Shown: positions 28,316 to 37,509 of the stretch, in pieces
Position numbering within the stretch: position 1 is the first letter of the stretch
Layout of the letters: each line of letters opens with the position of its first letter
Origin: a virus
Taxonomy: Duplodnaviria; Caudoviricetes
Length of the DNA stretch: 52,409 bases
Direction: 5' to 3' (one strand)
IMG/VR virus record: IMGVR_UViG_3300021093_000107
Coordinates: 1-52,409 of that record
The notes under the pieces: generated by a model
Told to the model about the DNA's origin: nothing
Databases searched by the model: none
The model's input: the letters and a program-made list of their open reading frames with translations, nothing else
Program-made: the position numbers and the translations under genes

Positions 28316-30069
28316 TGTTCTCCTTTGTAGAATGATTGTTCTCTTTTTTAAAACGTTTTGATCCGTTGTTTACCGTCCGTGCGTAAGCCACGGCGTCCTG
28401 TAATGCACTATCCTCAAACATCTCTTGTAGTTTGATTGTTTCTTCCCACTGAATGCTTGATACCTCGTCATCTACATACTGCTCGTAGTCTCTCTCCACA
28501 ATCTAGTCTCCTTTTCTTAACCATGTTTTAAATAAAATATATACAATCCACACTACACCTATAAACCTAATTATATCTACCATCAGTCTTCACACACACC
28601 GCCGATACACGCACGGCTAATAATCTCTTGTTCTAAATCGTTGTATGCGTCAGCTTGAACCAAGTGATCTGCGTATTTTTTTTGTCGATCAAATAGACTA
28701 TGTTCAATTTCTAACACTGATGACTTAATTACAAACCCTAAATCGCGAGGTCTATCTGTTAAGACTGCGTTCACAAAGTCCGATGGCTCACGACCATCTT
28801 TAACCGCGTCATCATATTCTTTATCTTCTATGGCTACTTCCATTACTACGCTAAACTTTTTCATATGTCCCCCTAGTGTATTTTGTCTTTGTTCATCACT
28901 CTGTCTATGATCTGATCTAATTGTTGCTTTTGTTTAATGAGTCTTAACGCGGTCAGCTGACACTCTTTCACTTTATCTAACTTCATGTTCCTAGCAATCT
29001 CTAACACTAACTTGTGTGCCTCTTCTGCTTCTTCATCACTTGGTGACACAACCGCTCTGACCATAGCTTCTACTAACACATCTTCTTTGGTTGTAATCAT
29101 CTCAACACCATGACGAGTAGTAAGAAAGTCGATATGCCCCAACTTATAACTTCACTTACAATTAATCTTCTATATCGATCTCTTGGTATCGTAATGTATT
29201 CGCTCATGTATATTTCTCTTTCGTAGTTCTTATATATTGGTTTTATTTTCATCTTGTTTCTCCTGTTATTTTTGTTCTTCAAAGTTTTTTAGTGATTGCA
29301 CATACTGATTGGTGGCATAGTTAATGCCCTTTACAATACCTAGTCGCATAGCGTCATAGAACATCTTTGCATCTTTCTCTGACCTCGTTCTCTTATGCTC
29401 ATCGACATAATGATAATACTCTGCTACTGCTACTTCTATAATGTCTTCTTCAAACTTGCGTTTCTTTTCTTCGTTCTTCTGATGTTGTGTCATGATTACT
29501 CCCTATACTTACTATTCACTTCGTCATACATCTCTTTAATATCTTCGTCATCAAAGTCTTCTTGGTTTATTAACGATGCTCTTGCTTTCAAATACTCACC
29601 AACAAACTCTCTCATCTCGTTAATACTCGGCACTCTCATGTCTATACTCATTTATATATTCTCCTCGTGTATTTTCATTGCTAATTTAACTTCTTTCCAT
29701 GCCTCTTTATATCCTAACAACAATCCATCTTCTGTCTTTACTCTGCCCATTGCTATGATGACATCTTCTATTGAGTCGTTATCACCTGTGGTTTGTTGTT
29801 TTATTTTAGTAGTCATAGCTCTTGTGTTCCTCTTCTCTTTCTTTTCGTAATAAATATTGATCGGTCTCACTCATAGGTGGGTCATATACTATACCCAAAC
29901 CCCTTACCATTTGTCTATCTATTTCATCTAGTTCTTTTTCTCGGTCGTTTAATTCTTTTCCTGTTGCAAAATGTATCTCGCCACAACACCCTCTTACTTG
30001 TTGCCATTCTGCTACTTCGTTATAGCAATACACACAATAGGTCACATCATCTTCAAAGTCATCACTCAT
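28281..30069 (-). CDS. Run of small early hypothetical genes (28281-28499, 28583-28864, 28873-29100, 29097-29252, 29266-29493, 29496-29651, 29652-29816, 29806-30069)
   Basis: Contiguous ORFs with GGAG/GAGG RBS sites and stop-start coupling; no recognisable domains (the last has CxxC..CC). Confidence 0.55.
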
Positions 30070-31265
30070 TTCACCACCCCCATAAAGTTTATGTCTTGTA
30101 TTCTTTTCCCTATCCACTTCATTACAGGGACTGCCATCGAGTTACCTAATGCTTTGTATCGGTGACTATCAGGTGTTTTTTCTTTAATATCTGTGAAGCC
30201 ATCGGGGAATCCTTGCAGTCGTTCGCACTCAGTCGGTGTTAACCTACGAACCCGAAGAGCTTCGTTAACTGCGTGACGATCAATCGTATTAAGTGTGAAG
30301 CTTGTCTCTTCGTTAACTCCGTTACCTTGCGGGCCATTATGGTCAGCCCGTCCAATCATACTACCTTGGATTGAATAACTTTTTACTGCAATCGGCACGT
30401 TGCCACCACCTGTCCCCCATCTACTCGTGACAGTTTGACACACTTCGCCCATCTCTTTGACTCGGCTATCAGCGGGATGTGTTTGATACACAGTGATTAA
30501 ATCTGTTGCATCTTTATAGTCTCGTGCTTTTATTGTGCTTGCGGTTCCGTCTGTGCTGTATTCACCGAATGCAACAAGGCGATTGGTGCTGACTAATGTC
30601 TCACTGCCACCACCTAAATCTCCTCCCGTTGCTCTAAGGGTTCCTGTTCCTTCACGGTAGCCTCCAAAGCTTGAAGCAGTAAAGGCGGAAGAATTTTCCC
30701 TCGTTTCTCTGCTCGGCGGATTATCCCAGCACATGCTGTTGGACTCAAATAATACTTCTGCGGTAGGTCTCCAGTCTCCAAGATGTCCGACAACAAACAC
30801 ACGTCTGCGCCGTTGTGCCACTCCGAAGTACTGAGCGTCAAGCACTCTGTAGCTGAACCCATACCCGAGTTCTGCCACCGCCCCAAGGAAGGAACCAAAG
30901 TCCCGTCCACCGTTGGAACTGAGGACACCTGGGACGTTTTCCCATATAAACCATTGGGGTCTAAACTTTTCAAGTATTCCGCAATAGATGAGGGCAAGGT
31001 TACCGCGTGGGTCTTCGAGACCCTTTCTGAGACCCGCAACTGAGAATGATTGACATGGTGTTCCTCCAACAATAAGTTCAACTGATTCAAGATTCCACTC
31101 CTTATATTTAGTCATGTCACCATAGTTAGTAACATCTGGATAGTGGTGACTCAATACCGCAGACGGAAATTTTTCTATTTCGGAGAAGCCTATTGGTTGC
31201 CAACCTAAATCATGCCATGCAACCGTGGCTGCTTCAATGCCACTACATACTGATAGATACCTCAT
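30066..31265 (-). CDS. dcm: DNA cytosine-5 methyltransferase
   Basis: Motif I variant SVCSGIEA, GGTPCQSFS, WENVPG, Q.RRRVF, RRLTP.ECERLQGFP, RYKALGNS. Confidence 0.95.
   Translation of the reverse strand: MRYLSVCSGIEAATVAWHDLGWQPIGFSEIEKFPSAVLSHHYPDVTNYGDMTKYKEWNLESVELIVGGTPCQSFSVAGLRKGLEDPRGNLALIYCGILEKFRPQWFIWENVPGVLSSNGGRDFGSFLGAVAELGYGFSYRVLDAQYFGVAQRRRRVFVVGHLGDWRPTAEVLFESNSMCWDNPPSRETRENSSAFTASSFGGYREGTGTLRATGGDLGGGSETLVSTNRLVAFGEYSTDGTASTIKARDYKDATDLITVYQTHPADSRVKEMGEVCQTVTSRWGTGGGNVPIAVKSYSIQGSMIGRADHNGPQGNGVNEETSFTLNTIDRHAVNEALRVRRLTPTECERLQGFPDGFTDIKEKTPDSHRYKALGNSMAVPVMKWIGKRIQDINFMGVVK
30614..31090 (-). CDS. Nested alternative-frame ORF resembling the beta polypeptide of EcoHK31I-type methyltransferases
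   Basis: RWQNSGM..ECLTL...LSDILE...KYYLS..AC.GI.RRA..RGK.LP..L..AL; start uncertain. Confidence 0.55.
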   Translation of the reverse strand: MNQLNLLLEEHHVNHSQLRVSERVSKTHAVTLPSSIAEYLKSLDPNGLYGKTSQVSSVPTVDGTLVPSLGRWQNSGMGSATECLTLSTSEWHNGADVCLLSDILETGDLPQKYYLSPTACAGIIRRAEKRGKILPPLLLQALEATVKEQEPLEQREEI

Positions 31266-32997
31266 TTTCTACTCTTCCTCATTAAAAATTCTTCCAATAC
31301 TTCCCAACCTTGTTCAGTGATTCGATCTTGTATCTTATTCTCATAGTCACTCAACCACTCTTCACATTTGGATATAGACCAATTAGGTTTAATTGTTTTT
31401 ACATCTTCTGCCCTCCATTTCACCTCTGCATATCCCTCACCATAAAATTTACTCATCGCTCGTTCTCCTTGTAAGATTCAATTTCAACATCGTCAGATTG
31501 GTTCTTTAAAAACTCAAGGCAACACAATTTGGTTAGTGTGTATGCCTCTTTTTGATCCATTTTCCCCTCATCAAATTGATAATAAATGTCACTTATAGAG
31601 GCGTGTAAGTCCTCCAAAGTGTAGGTTTCTTGATTTTTAGCCATGACTAATTTCCTCCACAACATGTTCAGCACTACATGATTTATTAGGACATTTATCA
31701 ACATAAGCTTTAAAGGCATTAGCATCTTCTTGTGATTTAAACTTAAAAAATACACCCTTGTCACTTGCACTAACATATTCACCATCATGTTGTTTAACAC
31801 TAGCTAGAATATGCTCTATGTCTTTTTCATGTGGCTTTTCATCATACTTAGAACCATCATTGATATGTATTAAAAAGAATTTTTTCATGGTCATTTAATC
31901 CTTTGTATTCTAAAGTTACCACACACAAGGACTTGATCCCTCCAATTTTCATTGGAATCTATGGTCATCCATTCTTTGAGACTTATAGCTAACTCTTGCC
32001 CATGAAAACAATCATAAATAGGCAAGTCCCCATCGAATAGGTTAGTGTCCTCATATTTTCTTTCAAGTGTGCCTAGAGTGTGAATTTCAACAATTTGGTT
32101 ATCATTCCATGTGCAAAGAAAGCATGGAGTGAGCTCTTTGGTTAATTCGATGTGATTGTCAAATCTATTCATGATTACTTTCCTCCTCGTCATTTAATTT
32201 TTTCCCTACATCTTCCATTATCATCTCAAGCGTGTCGTCCTCTAATATACTTCCGGTATATCTTTTTATTTTTTTGCCGTTTTTAAATACATTTATAATA
32301 ATTCCTACTATATTTTCATTACTCATTTTGTTTCCTCCTCAAAAGCAAATGCGTATTGCTCTTTTAATTCTTCGTCTGACATATCTTCATATGCCACCAT
32401 GCCATACCTAAATAGATTAGCAAGGTCACGCATATCAAAATTGTCTGTATCATGCTCTACTAATTTATCAATCATTTCTTCTCTAGTCATCTTAAAATCC
32501 TTTCTGTGCTAATTGTTCGCGTTCATGATAAATACATACATAGTGTTCTTCTTCCATTTCGGTATCGCATTGACCACATTCTTTTACTGCATGAAACTCA
32601 TTCCTCGCCCTCCAAAACGCATTCTTCCTAGCGTCTAAGTTTTCTATGTATCCATCTAACTGCTCTCTAAAACATTTATCACAAAGAATATCAAAGTCTG
32701 CCTCGTTAACCTCGTGCATTGAGCCATAGTCTTCGACCTTGCCACACGCATAACAAACATCTTTCATTTCGTTACTCATCTTCCCCCCTCCTCGTAAGAT
32801 TCAATTTCAACATCGTTATATCCGTCCTCAAGATACTCGTTCTTGATAGCGACTGCGTGTGGATAAGTTAGGTGTGAATGTTTTTCAATGCCTCCTACCC
32901 ATACCGAGTAATTACCTAGTGGCAATATCTTTTGGTCGTCTTTATGTTCGTTGTATATCTCTCGTGTCACGCGTTCTATCTCTCTAAATAAGTTCAT
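31262..32997 (-). CDS. Run of small early hypothetical genes (31262-31456, 31453-31644, 31637-31894, 31891-32172, 32165-32326, 32323-32490, 32492-32779, 32776-32997)
   Basis: Contiguous coupled ORFs with RBS sites; mostly acidic. Confidence 0.55.
31471..32816. repeat. Perfect 23-bp direct repeat (31471-31493 and 32794-32816)
   Basis: GTAAGATTCAATTTCAACATCGT twice, encoding DVEIESY at two gene ends. Confidence 0.9.
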
Positions 32998-33176
32998 GCT
33001 ATTACCTCCATATCTCTCTCATTAAACTCGTTTAATAACTCCTCATCTGACCACTCTTTATATGGCGACCTATTCTTTAACACCTAACTAAAATAAAAAA
33101 AGTCCCCACGTTCTGCGTCTTTAATCATGGCGTCAATGTCGTCCCATACTAATCTCTCTATTAGTTTTTCTCTCAT
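32994..33176 (-). pseudogene. Small acidic gene interrupted by an in-frame TAG (33086-33084)
   Basis: MREKLIERLVWDD..FYFS*VLKNRSPYKEWSDEELLNEF..; both halves resemble the intact ORF 32323-32490. Confidence 0.6.
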
Positions 33177-33209
33177 GCTCACCCTCCCTCTTTGTTTACT
33201 GTGTTATCC

Positions 33210-33252
33210 AATATACCCCCGCGTTTTTACTATGTCAACTATTATTTTACTA
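33210..33252 (-). promoter_or_regulatory. Sigma70-type early promoter
   Basis: AGTAAAATAATAG-TTGACA(33238-33233)-N17-TATATT(33215-33210). Confidence 0.8.
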
Positions 33253-33349
33253 ATTGTTTTATTTATTTTACTTGGTTCTTTGTTTTGTTTTATAGGGGTA
33301 TGATCACGCGCAAGGTTTTTTATCATGTCCTCGCCCTCCCTTATTGATC

Positions 33350-34039
33350 CTATACCACGAATCCACTAGCGTCTTTTCTAGCCCTACCCTTTGCGACTAG
33401 GCCAACGATCACGTTTTTATTCTCTATGAACCTTGCGTCCGTGTCTTCACCTGATATAACTTTGCGCCCTAAAAATTTACTCGGTATGATTTTAAATACT
33501 GTCGCCACCCTCATGTTATTTTCAAGCGCTTGCCTATTAAACTTAATAAATGATTCAACTCCGCTATAGCTAAAAGTTAAGTCGTAATTGCTAGGCAAGT
33601 TTTTGCGGTTCGGATTTTTGGTATAGTCATAAAATTGTAGATCGGGGTATAACTCAAATATAGTTTTGTCCTCGCTTGCTTTTATATTTTCCCAGTCGAT
33701 GTCACTCGTTCCATTCAATCTTATAACCGCCTGTAAACCTTTTCGCTTAGCTTGCGCTTTTAACTTCTCAATGTCTTGGATTAACTCGGTAAAGAATTGC
33801 GCCTTATCCTCGTTAAATAATTTAGCTTTTCTTAACCTTGCTTTTTGCACGTTACTAAATGCGCCCCGCCCCGCCGTGTTTAAACATGCATCGACGCAAC
33901 CCGCAACCTTAGCAAAGGGGCAAAGATTCACCCCGCTTAAATTATATGGCGCTAGGTATAGGATACCCGTTAAAAATCCCGCCCTATTGCTTTTAATTGT
34001 TTTGGTGTCCGTGTTTACGCTTAATAATTTATATGTCAT
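33350..34039 (-). CDS. Gp88-family phage protein
   Basis: LYLAP...CP.A...C...CL..AGRG, IRLNGTSD, FYDYTK, NY.LTFS, GD/E..D.RF, VGL.AKG.A. Confidence 0.75.
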   Translation of the reverse strand: MTYKLLSVNTDTKTIKSNRAGFLTGILYLAPYNLSGVNLCPFAKVAGCVDACLNTAGRGAFSNVQKARLRKAKLFNEDKAQFFTELIQDIEKLKAQAKRKGLQAVIRLNGTSDIDWENIKASEDKTIFELYPDLQFYDYTKNPNRKNLPSNYDLTFSYSGVESFIKFNRQALENNMRVATVFKIIPSKFLGRKVISGEDTDARFIENKNVIVGLVAKGRARKDASGFVV

Positions 34040-34040
34040 T

Positions 34041-34376
34041 TTATCGCCCCTCTATCGTTGATCTAAGCATGCCTAGCACTTGATTACTTATATCTAAATA
34101 TCCCTCAATTTCCCGATCCGATATAAAACCTCGGTCGCCCTCTTCGGCATAGTCGCCCTGTATTACAATCCGATCGCCCGACCACGCGCCTATTAATTCA
34201 TGGTCATCGACGTCGCCACCCCCTCGCCCGTTACTGTTAGCAAGTAAAAGAAAAAGCGCCGTTGATGTCGACATGTCATGCCCTATCTGTTCCACTAACT
34301 TAAGGCCGTTATTAATTCCGTGCGCGTTGATATATTCGCGCTTATCTATGTTATAAACTTTGTGATATTGCCCCAT
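34041..34376 (-). CDS. Conserved hypothetical protein
   Basis: MGQYH..N.DK.EY...GLKL.E...G.W.GDRI...GDY. Confidence 0.65.
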   Translation of the reverse strand: MGQYHKVYNIDKREYINAHGINNGLKLVEQIGHDMSTSTALFLLLANSNGRGGGDVDDHELIGAWSGDRIVIQGDYAEEGDRGFISDREIEGYLDISNQVLGMLRSTIEGR

Positions 34377-34377
34377 G

Positions 34378-34566
34378 TTAAAAATGCCCCCTTTTATTAA
34401 TAAACTTAATTAATTTTAGATAAAACTTTTTAGCCCTCGCGTGCCGTGATTCAAAAAATAAACTATATAAATAGGTTACGCGCTCGTTATTACTTTGCAT
34501 GAATGCTAAATCCTTATAAATTGCGCCGTCCCGTTTCATGTAATGAGTGTAAAAAATGTTATCCAT
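34378..34566 (-). CDS. Hypothetical protein
   Basis: Fills the gap between neighbours; G-run RBS. Confidence 0.5.
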   Translation of the reverse strand: MDNIFYTHYMKRDGAIYKDLAFMQSNNERVTYLYSLFFESRHARAKKFYLKLIKFINKRGHF

Positions 34567-34568
34567 AA

Positions 34569-35408
34569 TTAAACCCCCTCTTTATTAATTAAATAATTGA
34601 CGGCTTTTTGAGCCTTGGCGCTTGCGCTAATTATGAATTTTTTGTCACCTCTTAGCGCTTTAATCCATGAATCAATATAGCTTGCGTGCTGTAATTGAGC
34701 ATTAATTCCGTTATAAGCGCATAACATGCTCGCGCCTAGTTCCGCTACGAGTTCTTCAAAAGCATAACCCTCTGAGCCGAATGAATCATTTTTTAAGCGT
34801 GCTAGGCGTTTTTCTGAGCCTGTATAGTGAATTAATTCATGATAGGCGGTCGCGTAATAATCCGCACTAGTATTAAATGATGTCTTTTCGGGTAAATTTA
34901 TTTGATCGAGCGAGTGTATATAACAGGCCCTAGCGCCCCCGTGAATAATTTTGGCGCGGGTATCTTTTATAAACTTTTCGCATGATTCCATAACCTCAAA
35001 TTCGGTTATCTCTTTTTTAACTTGCGCGGGTAACCCGTCGACCATGTCTCTATTAAATACAATATAACTTTTTAACATTGGAATCTTTTTGGCCTCGCCT
35101 GATTCTTTGTCTTTGATCTCAAGTGGCTTATAAAAGATAATATTTACACCTTTCGAACCCTTGCGGACTTGCGCGCCCGCGCCTTGCGCTTGCTTATATG
35201 TTACCCATTCGCTTGATGAGCCGAATTCACCCGTGCTTTGAATTAGCGATAAATAGAAAAAATTCACGCCGTTGTATATGTTTTTTGTTATTGGATTAAA
35301 TGGTAACCCCTCGTTCGCGTTCCATGGTTTCACCCATGGCGCGACGCCCTTTTCAAGTTCTGATAGGATTTTATTTGTTATGCTTTGCGCTATGTCGTTA
35401 TTAATCAT
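34569..35408 (-). CDS. ardC: ArdC-like anti-restriction protein (ssDNA-binding domain plus zincin-like domain)
   Basis: PWVKPW, YNGVN, W.TYKQA...G.QVRKG.KG, Y.VFN, HELIH.TG...RL.R, YAFEELVAE.GA, HASYI.SW. Confidence 0.92.
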   Translation of the reverse strand: MINNDIAQSITNKILSELEKGVAPWVKPWNANEGLPFNPITKNIYNGVNFFYLSLIQSTGEFGSSSEWVTYKQAQGAGAQVRKGSKGVNIIFYKPLEIKDKESGEAKKIPMLKSYIVFNRDMVDGLPAQVKKEITEFEVMESCEKFIKDTRAKIIHGGARACYIHSLDQINLPEKTSFNTSADYYATAYHELIHYTGSEKRLARLKNDSFGSEGYAFEELVAELGASMLCAYNGINAQLQHASYIDSWIKALRGDKKFIISASAKAQKAVNYLINKEGV

Positions 35409-35441
35409 TTTTTACCCCCCTTTGTTATTGAGTGTTTAATA

Positions 35442-35482
35442 AGGATACATGTTTTTTATTATATGTCAACTTTTATTTACTA
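35442..35482 (-). promoter_or_regulatory. Sigma70-type early promoter for ardC
   Basis: AGTAAATAAAAG-TTGACA(35469-35464)-N16-TATCCT. Confidence 0.65.
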
Positions 35483-35489
35483 ATTAATT

Positions 35490-36420
35490 TTACGGGGGTT
35501 TTATAGCGCGCTTGGTGATCTTTTTGTTATTGCGTTTTTAATGGGTGTTACTTGCGGGCGGGGTTATACTTGAGCATTTTACTAGGTTATTAGGTTTTTA
35601 AAGTGGTAACATTTTTAAGTCTTTGTTTTACTTGGTTTTTTAGATAACGTGGTTTTTACTTGGTTATTGCTAGGCGTGCTAAGTTCTTGATTTTATTGAT
35701 GTTTCCAATGTTGCCACTAATCCGCTTTACTAATAAAACAGAAAAAGGCTGAAAATTGAGAGATTGAGTTTTTATAAGTCTCTGTTTTATATATATTATT
35801 ATAATTATAATTATTATTATTATTGATTAATTTTTAATCATGTTGCCGTGTTACCACTATTTCGAATAGATAGATCGATTTTATTTTTAGGGGATTTACG
35901 TTGCGCAAAAAGGTGTCTTTGTTACCAAGTCGCCCGAGTTTTTACCCCGCGCCCCCCTCTTTTTTCGTGGTAACATGGTAACATTTTAAAAAGCCTAGTA
36001 AAAACGAAGCGTTACATAGTAAAACTTAAAGTAACTTAGTGGCAACATTGGTAACACGCTTGATTTTACTAGGTTTTATTTGGTTACCTAGTAACACCTA
36101 GTAAAACCCCCGCAAATAACCTAGTAAAACCTAGCGCCCCACCCATACCCTACCCCCCAAACCTAGCAGACGGAGTCCCAACTTGGTATTACACTGAATC
36201 GCGCGTGAATACCCCATAAAAATTACAAAGTTTTACCCCACCCCGCTAGTTAAACTCTCACCTTCCTTGTAATACGCAATATCGGAACCCACCCCTATCA
36301 AAAATAAAGGGCTTTGCAAAAAAATTTCTACAAAAAAATCTGAAATATCAAGGACTTAAGGTAAACAGGGTGTAAAGCATAGTTTACATCGCGGAAAAAT
36401 GTGTAATATACTACACAAAA
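35490..36420. other. Non-coding repeat-rich region: candidate replication origin and/or genome terminus/packaging region
   Basis: No ORFs; lies between divergent arms; pure-AT tract near 35785-35825; inverted repeats; CCTAGTAAAA and GGTAAC repeats; IHF consensus matches. Confidence 0.6.
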
Positions 36421-36940
36421 AAAGACTAATTTGTAAGATTAAGTATATGATTTCATTGGACATATGCCAATCAGTATACACCGTTCTACCTATTTAGGTA
36501 GATTTTTTCTTGCCTAAGATCGCACATAATGCACTCCATGAACAAAAGCATTGAAACGAACTAAAAATTAAAATTAACTAGGAGATCATTATGAAAACCA
36601 AAAATCTAATCACAGTATTATCAGCCGGAATATTATTAGCAGCAGTTAACGTTTATGCAGATGAAAATAAAGATACTAAATACAATATCAATCATCAAAA
36701 TCTTTCAAAGCGACCATATAGTCAAGCACCTACTGAATCTAAGAAAGATAATTTTGAGGGTGCAACATTAATCAACGAGCAAGTGGCGGAAGATACAAAG
36801 CATAAGCCCATGCGTCTTCATATGCTTGGTAGACAACCTTATAACGTGAAAAATTCGGACTAACCACAACTTTATACTTTACAAGGCCAGAATTAAATGC
36901 AAAAAAGTAAAAAATGAAAGACTAATTTGTAAGACTAAGT
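36421..36940. repeat. 24-bp direct repeats (36421-36444 and 36917-36940) flanking one gene
   Basis: AAAGACTAATTTGTAAGA(T/C)TAAGT, 23/24 identical. Confidence 0.9.
36591..36863 (+). CDS. Small secreted/periplasmic protein (moron)
   Basis: AGGAG RBS; Sec signal ending VYA; internal repeat LSKRPY / LGRQPY. Confidence 0.75.
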   Translation: MKTKNLITVLSAGILLAAVNVYADENKDTKYNINHQNLSKRPYSQAPTESKKDNFEGATLINEQVAEDTKHKPMRLHMLGRQPYNVKNSD

Positions 36941-36993
36941 TATTGATTCGTAAGGATTTTGTCGGGTTTTTGGGTGGAACAAGGTTTTACAGG

Positions 36994-37341
36994 CTAAATT
37001 GCTTTAGGATCTAGAGAATAAACTTTAGAATAAATAGCTTTGAGCTTAAGAAAAGATTTTTCATGAAGGTGAAACTTAGGATCTTTCTTAACATAGAGAG
37101 CAACGTGAGCCATTTCGTGAAGAAGAGTTGAGAGTATTGTTGTAAAATGACCACAAGCGGCAGAACTTATTTCAATTTGCATCTCAACTTCGTCAAAACA
37201 ACCATAAATACCTGGGTTATTAATAACCTTAAACTTTAATCGGTAGGACTTAGGCATTTTAAATTTGTTAAAAGGTGGCAGTTTGCATGCCATGTCGTAG
37301 AGGTGAGATAAGTTTTCCGAGGTTAACGTGGTAAGCTTCAT
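36994..37341 (-). CDS. SprT-like zinc metalloprotease
   Basis: TLLHEMAH followed by a downstream H...F. Confidence 0.7.
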   Translation of the reverse strand: MKLTTLTSENLSHLYDMACKLPPFNKFKMPKSYRLKFKVINNPGIYGCFDEVEMQIEISSAACGHFTTILSTLLHEMAHVALYVKKDPKFHLHEKSFLKLKAIYSKVYSLDPKAI

Positions 37342-37431
37342 AAAAACCTAGAAAGACCAGGTTAAAACAAGGAGCGCAAAGTCAGGCTGTGTAAAAAGGA
37401 GGGTTATCATAGTAGTATTATACTAAAAAAG

Positions 37432-37460
37432 TTGCGACCAAACCCCAAACTAGTATAAAA
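37432..37460 (+). promoter_or_regulatory. Putative promoter of the packaging/late operon
   Basis: TTGCGA-N17-TAAAAT upstream of 37510. Confidence 0.5.
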
Positions 37461-37509
37461 TAGTCGAATAAGCTGCAAATTCTAATCAAAGGTGTAACAG
37501 CGACACATA

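Noticed and set aside
33084-33086. Genome-wide TAG recoding
   Set aside because: Long genes are uninterrupted in the standard code, several end in TAG (e.g. 815, 43044) and no suppressor tRNA is seen
36421-36940. Direct repeats as prophage att sites or IS target duplication
   Set aside because: They enclose only about 0.5 kb, with no integrase, transposase or terminal inverted repeats
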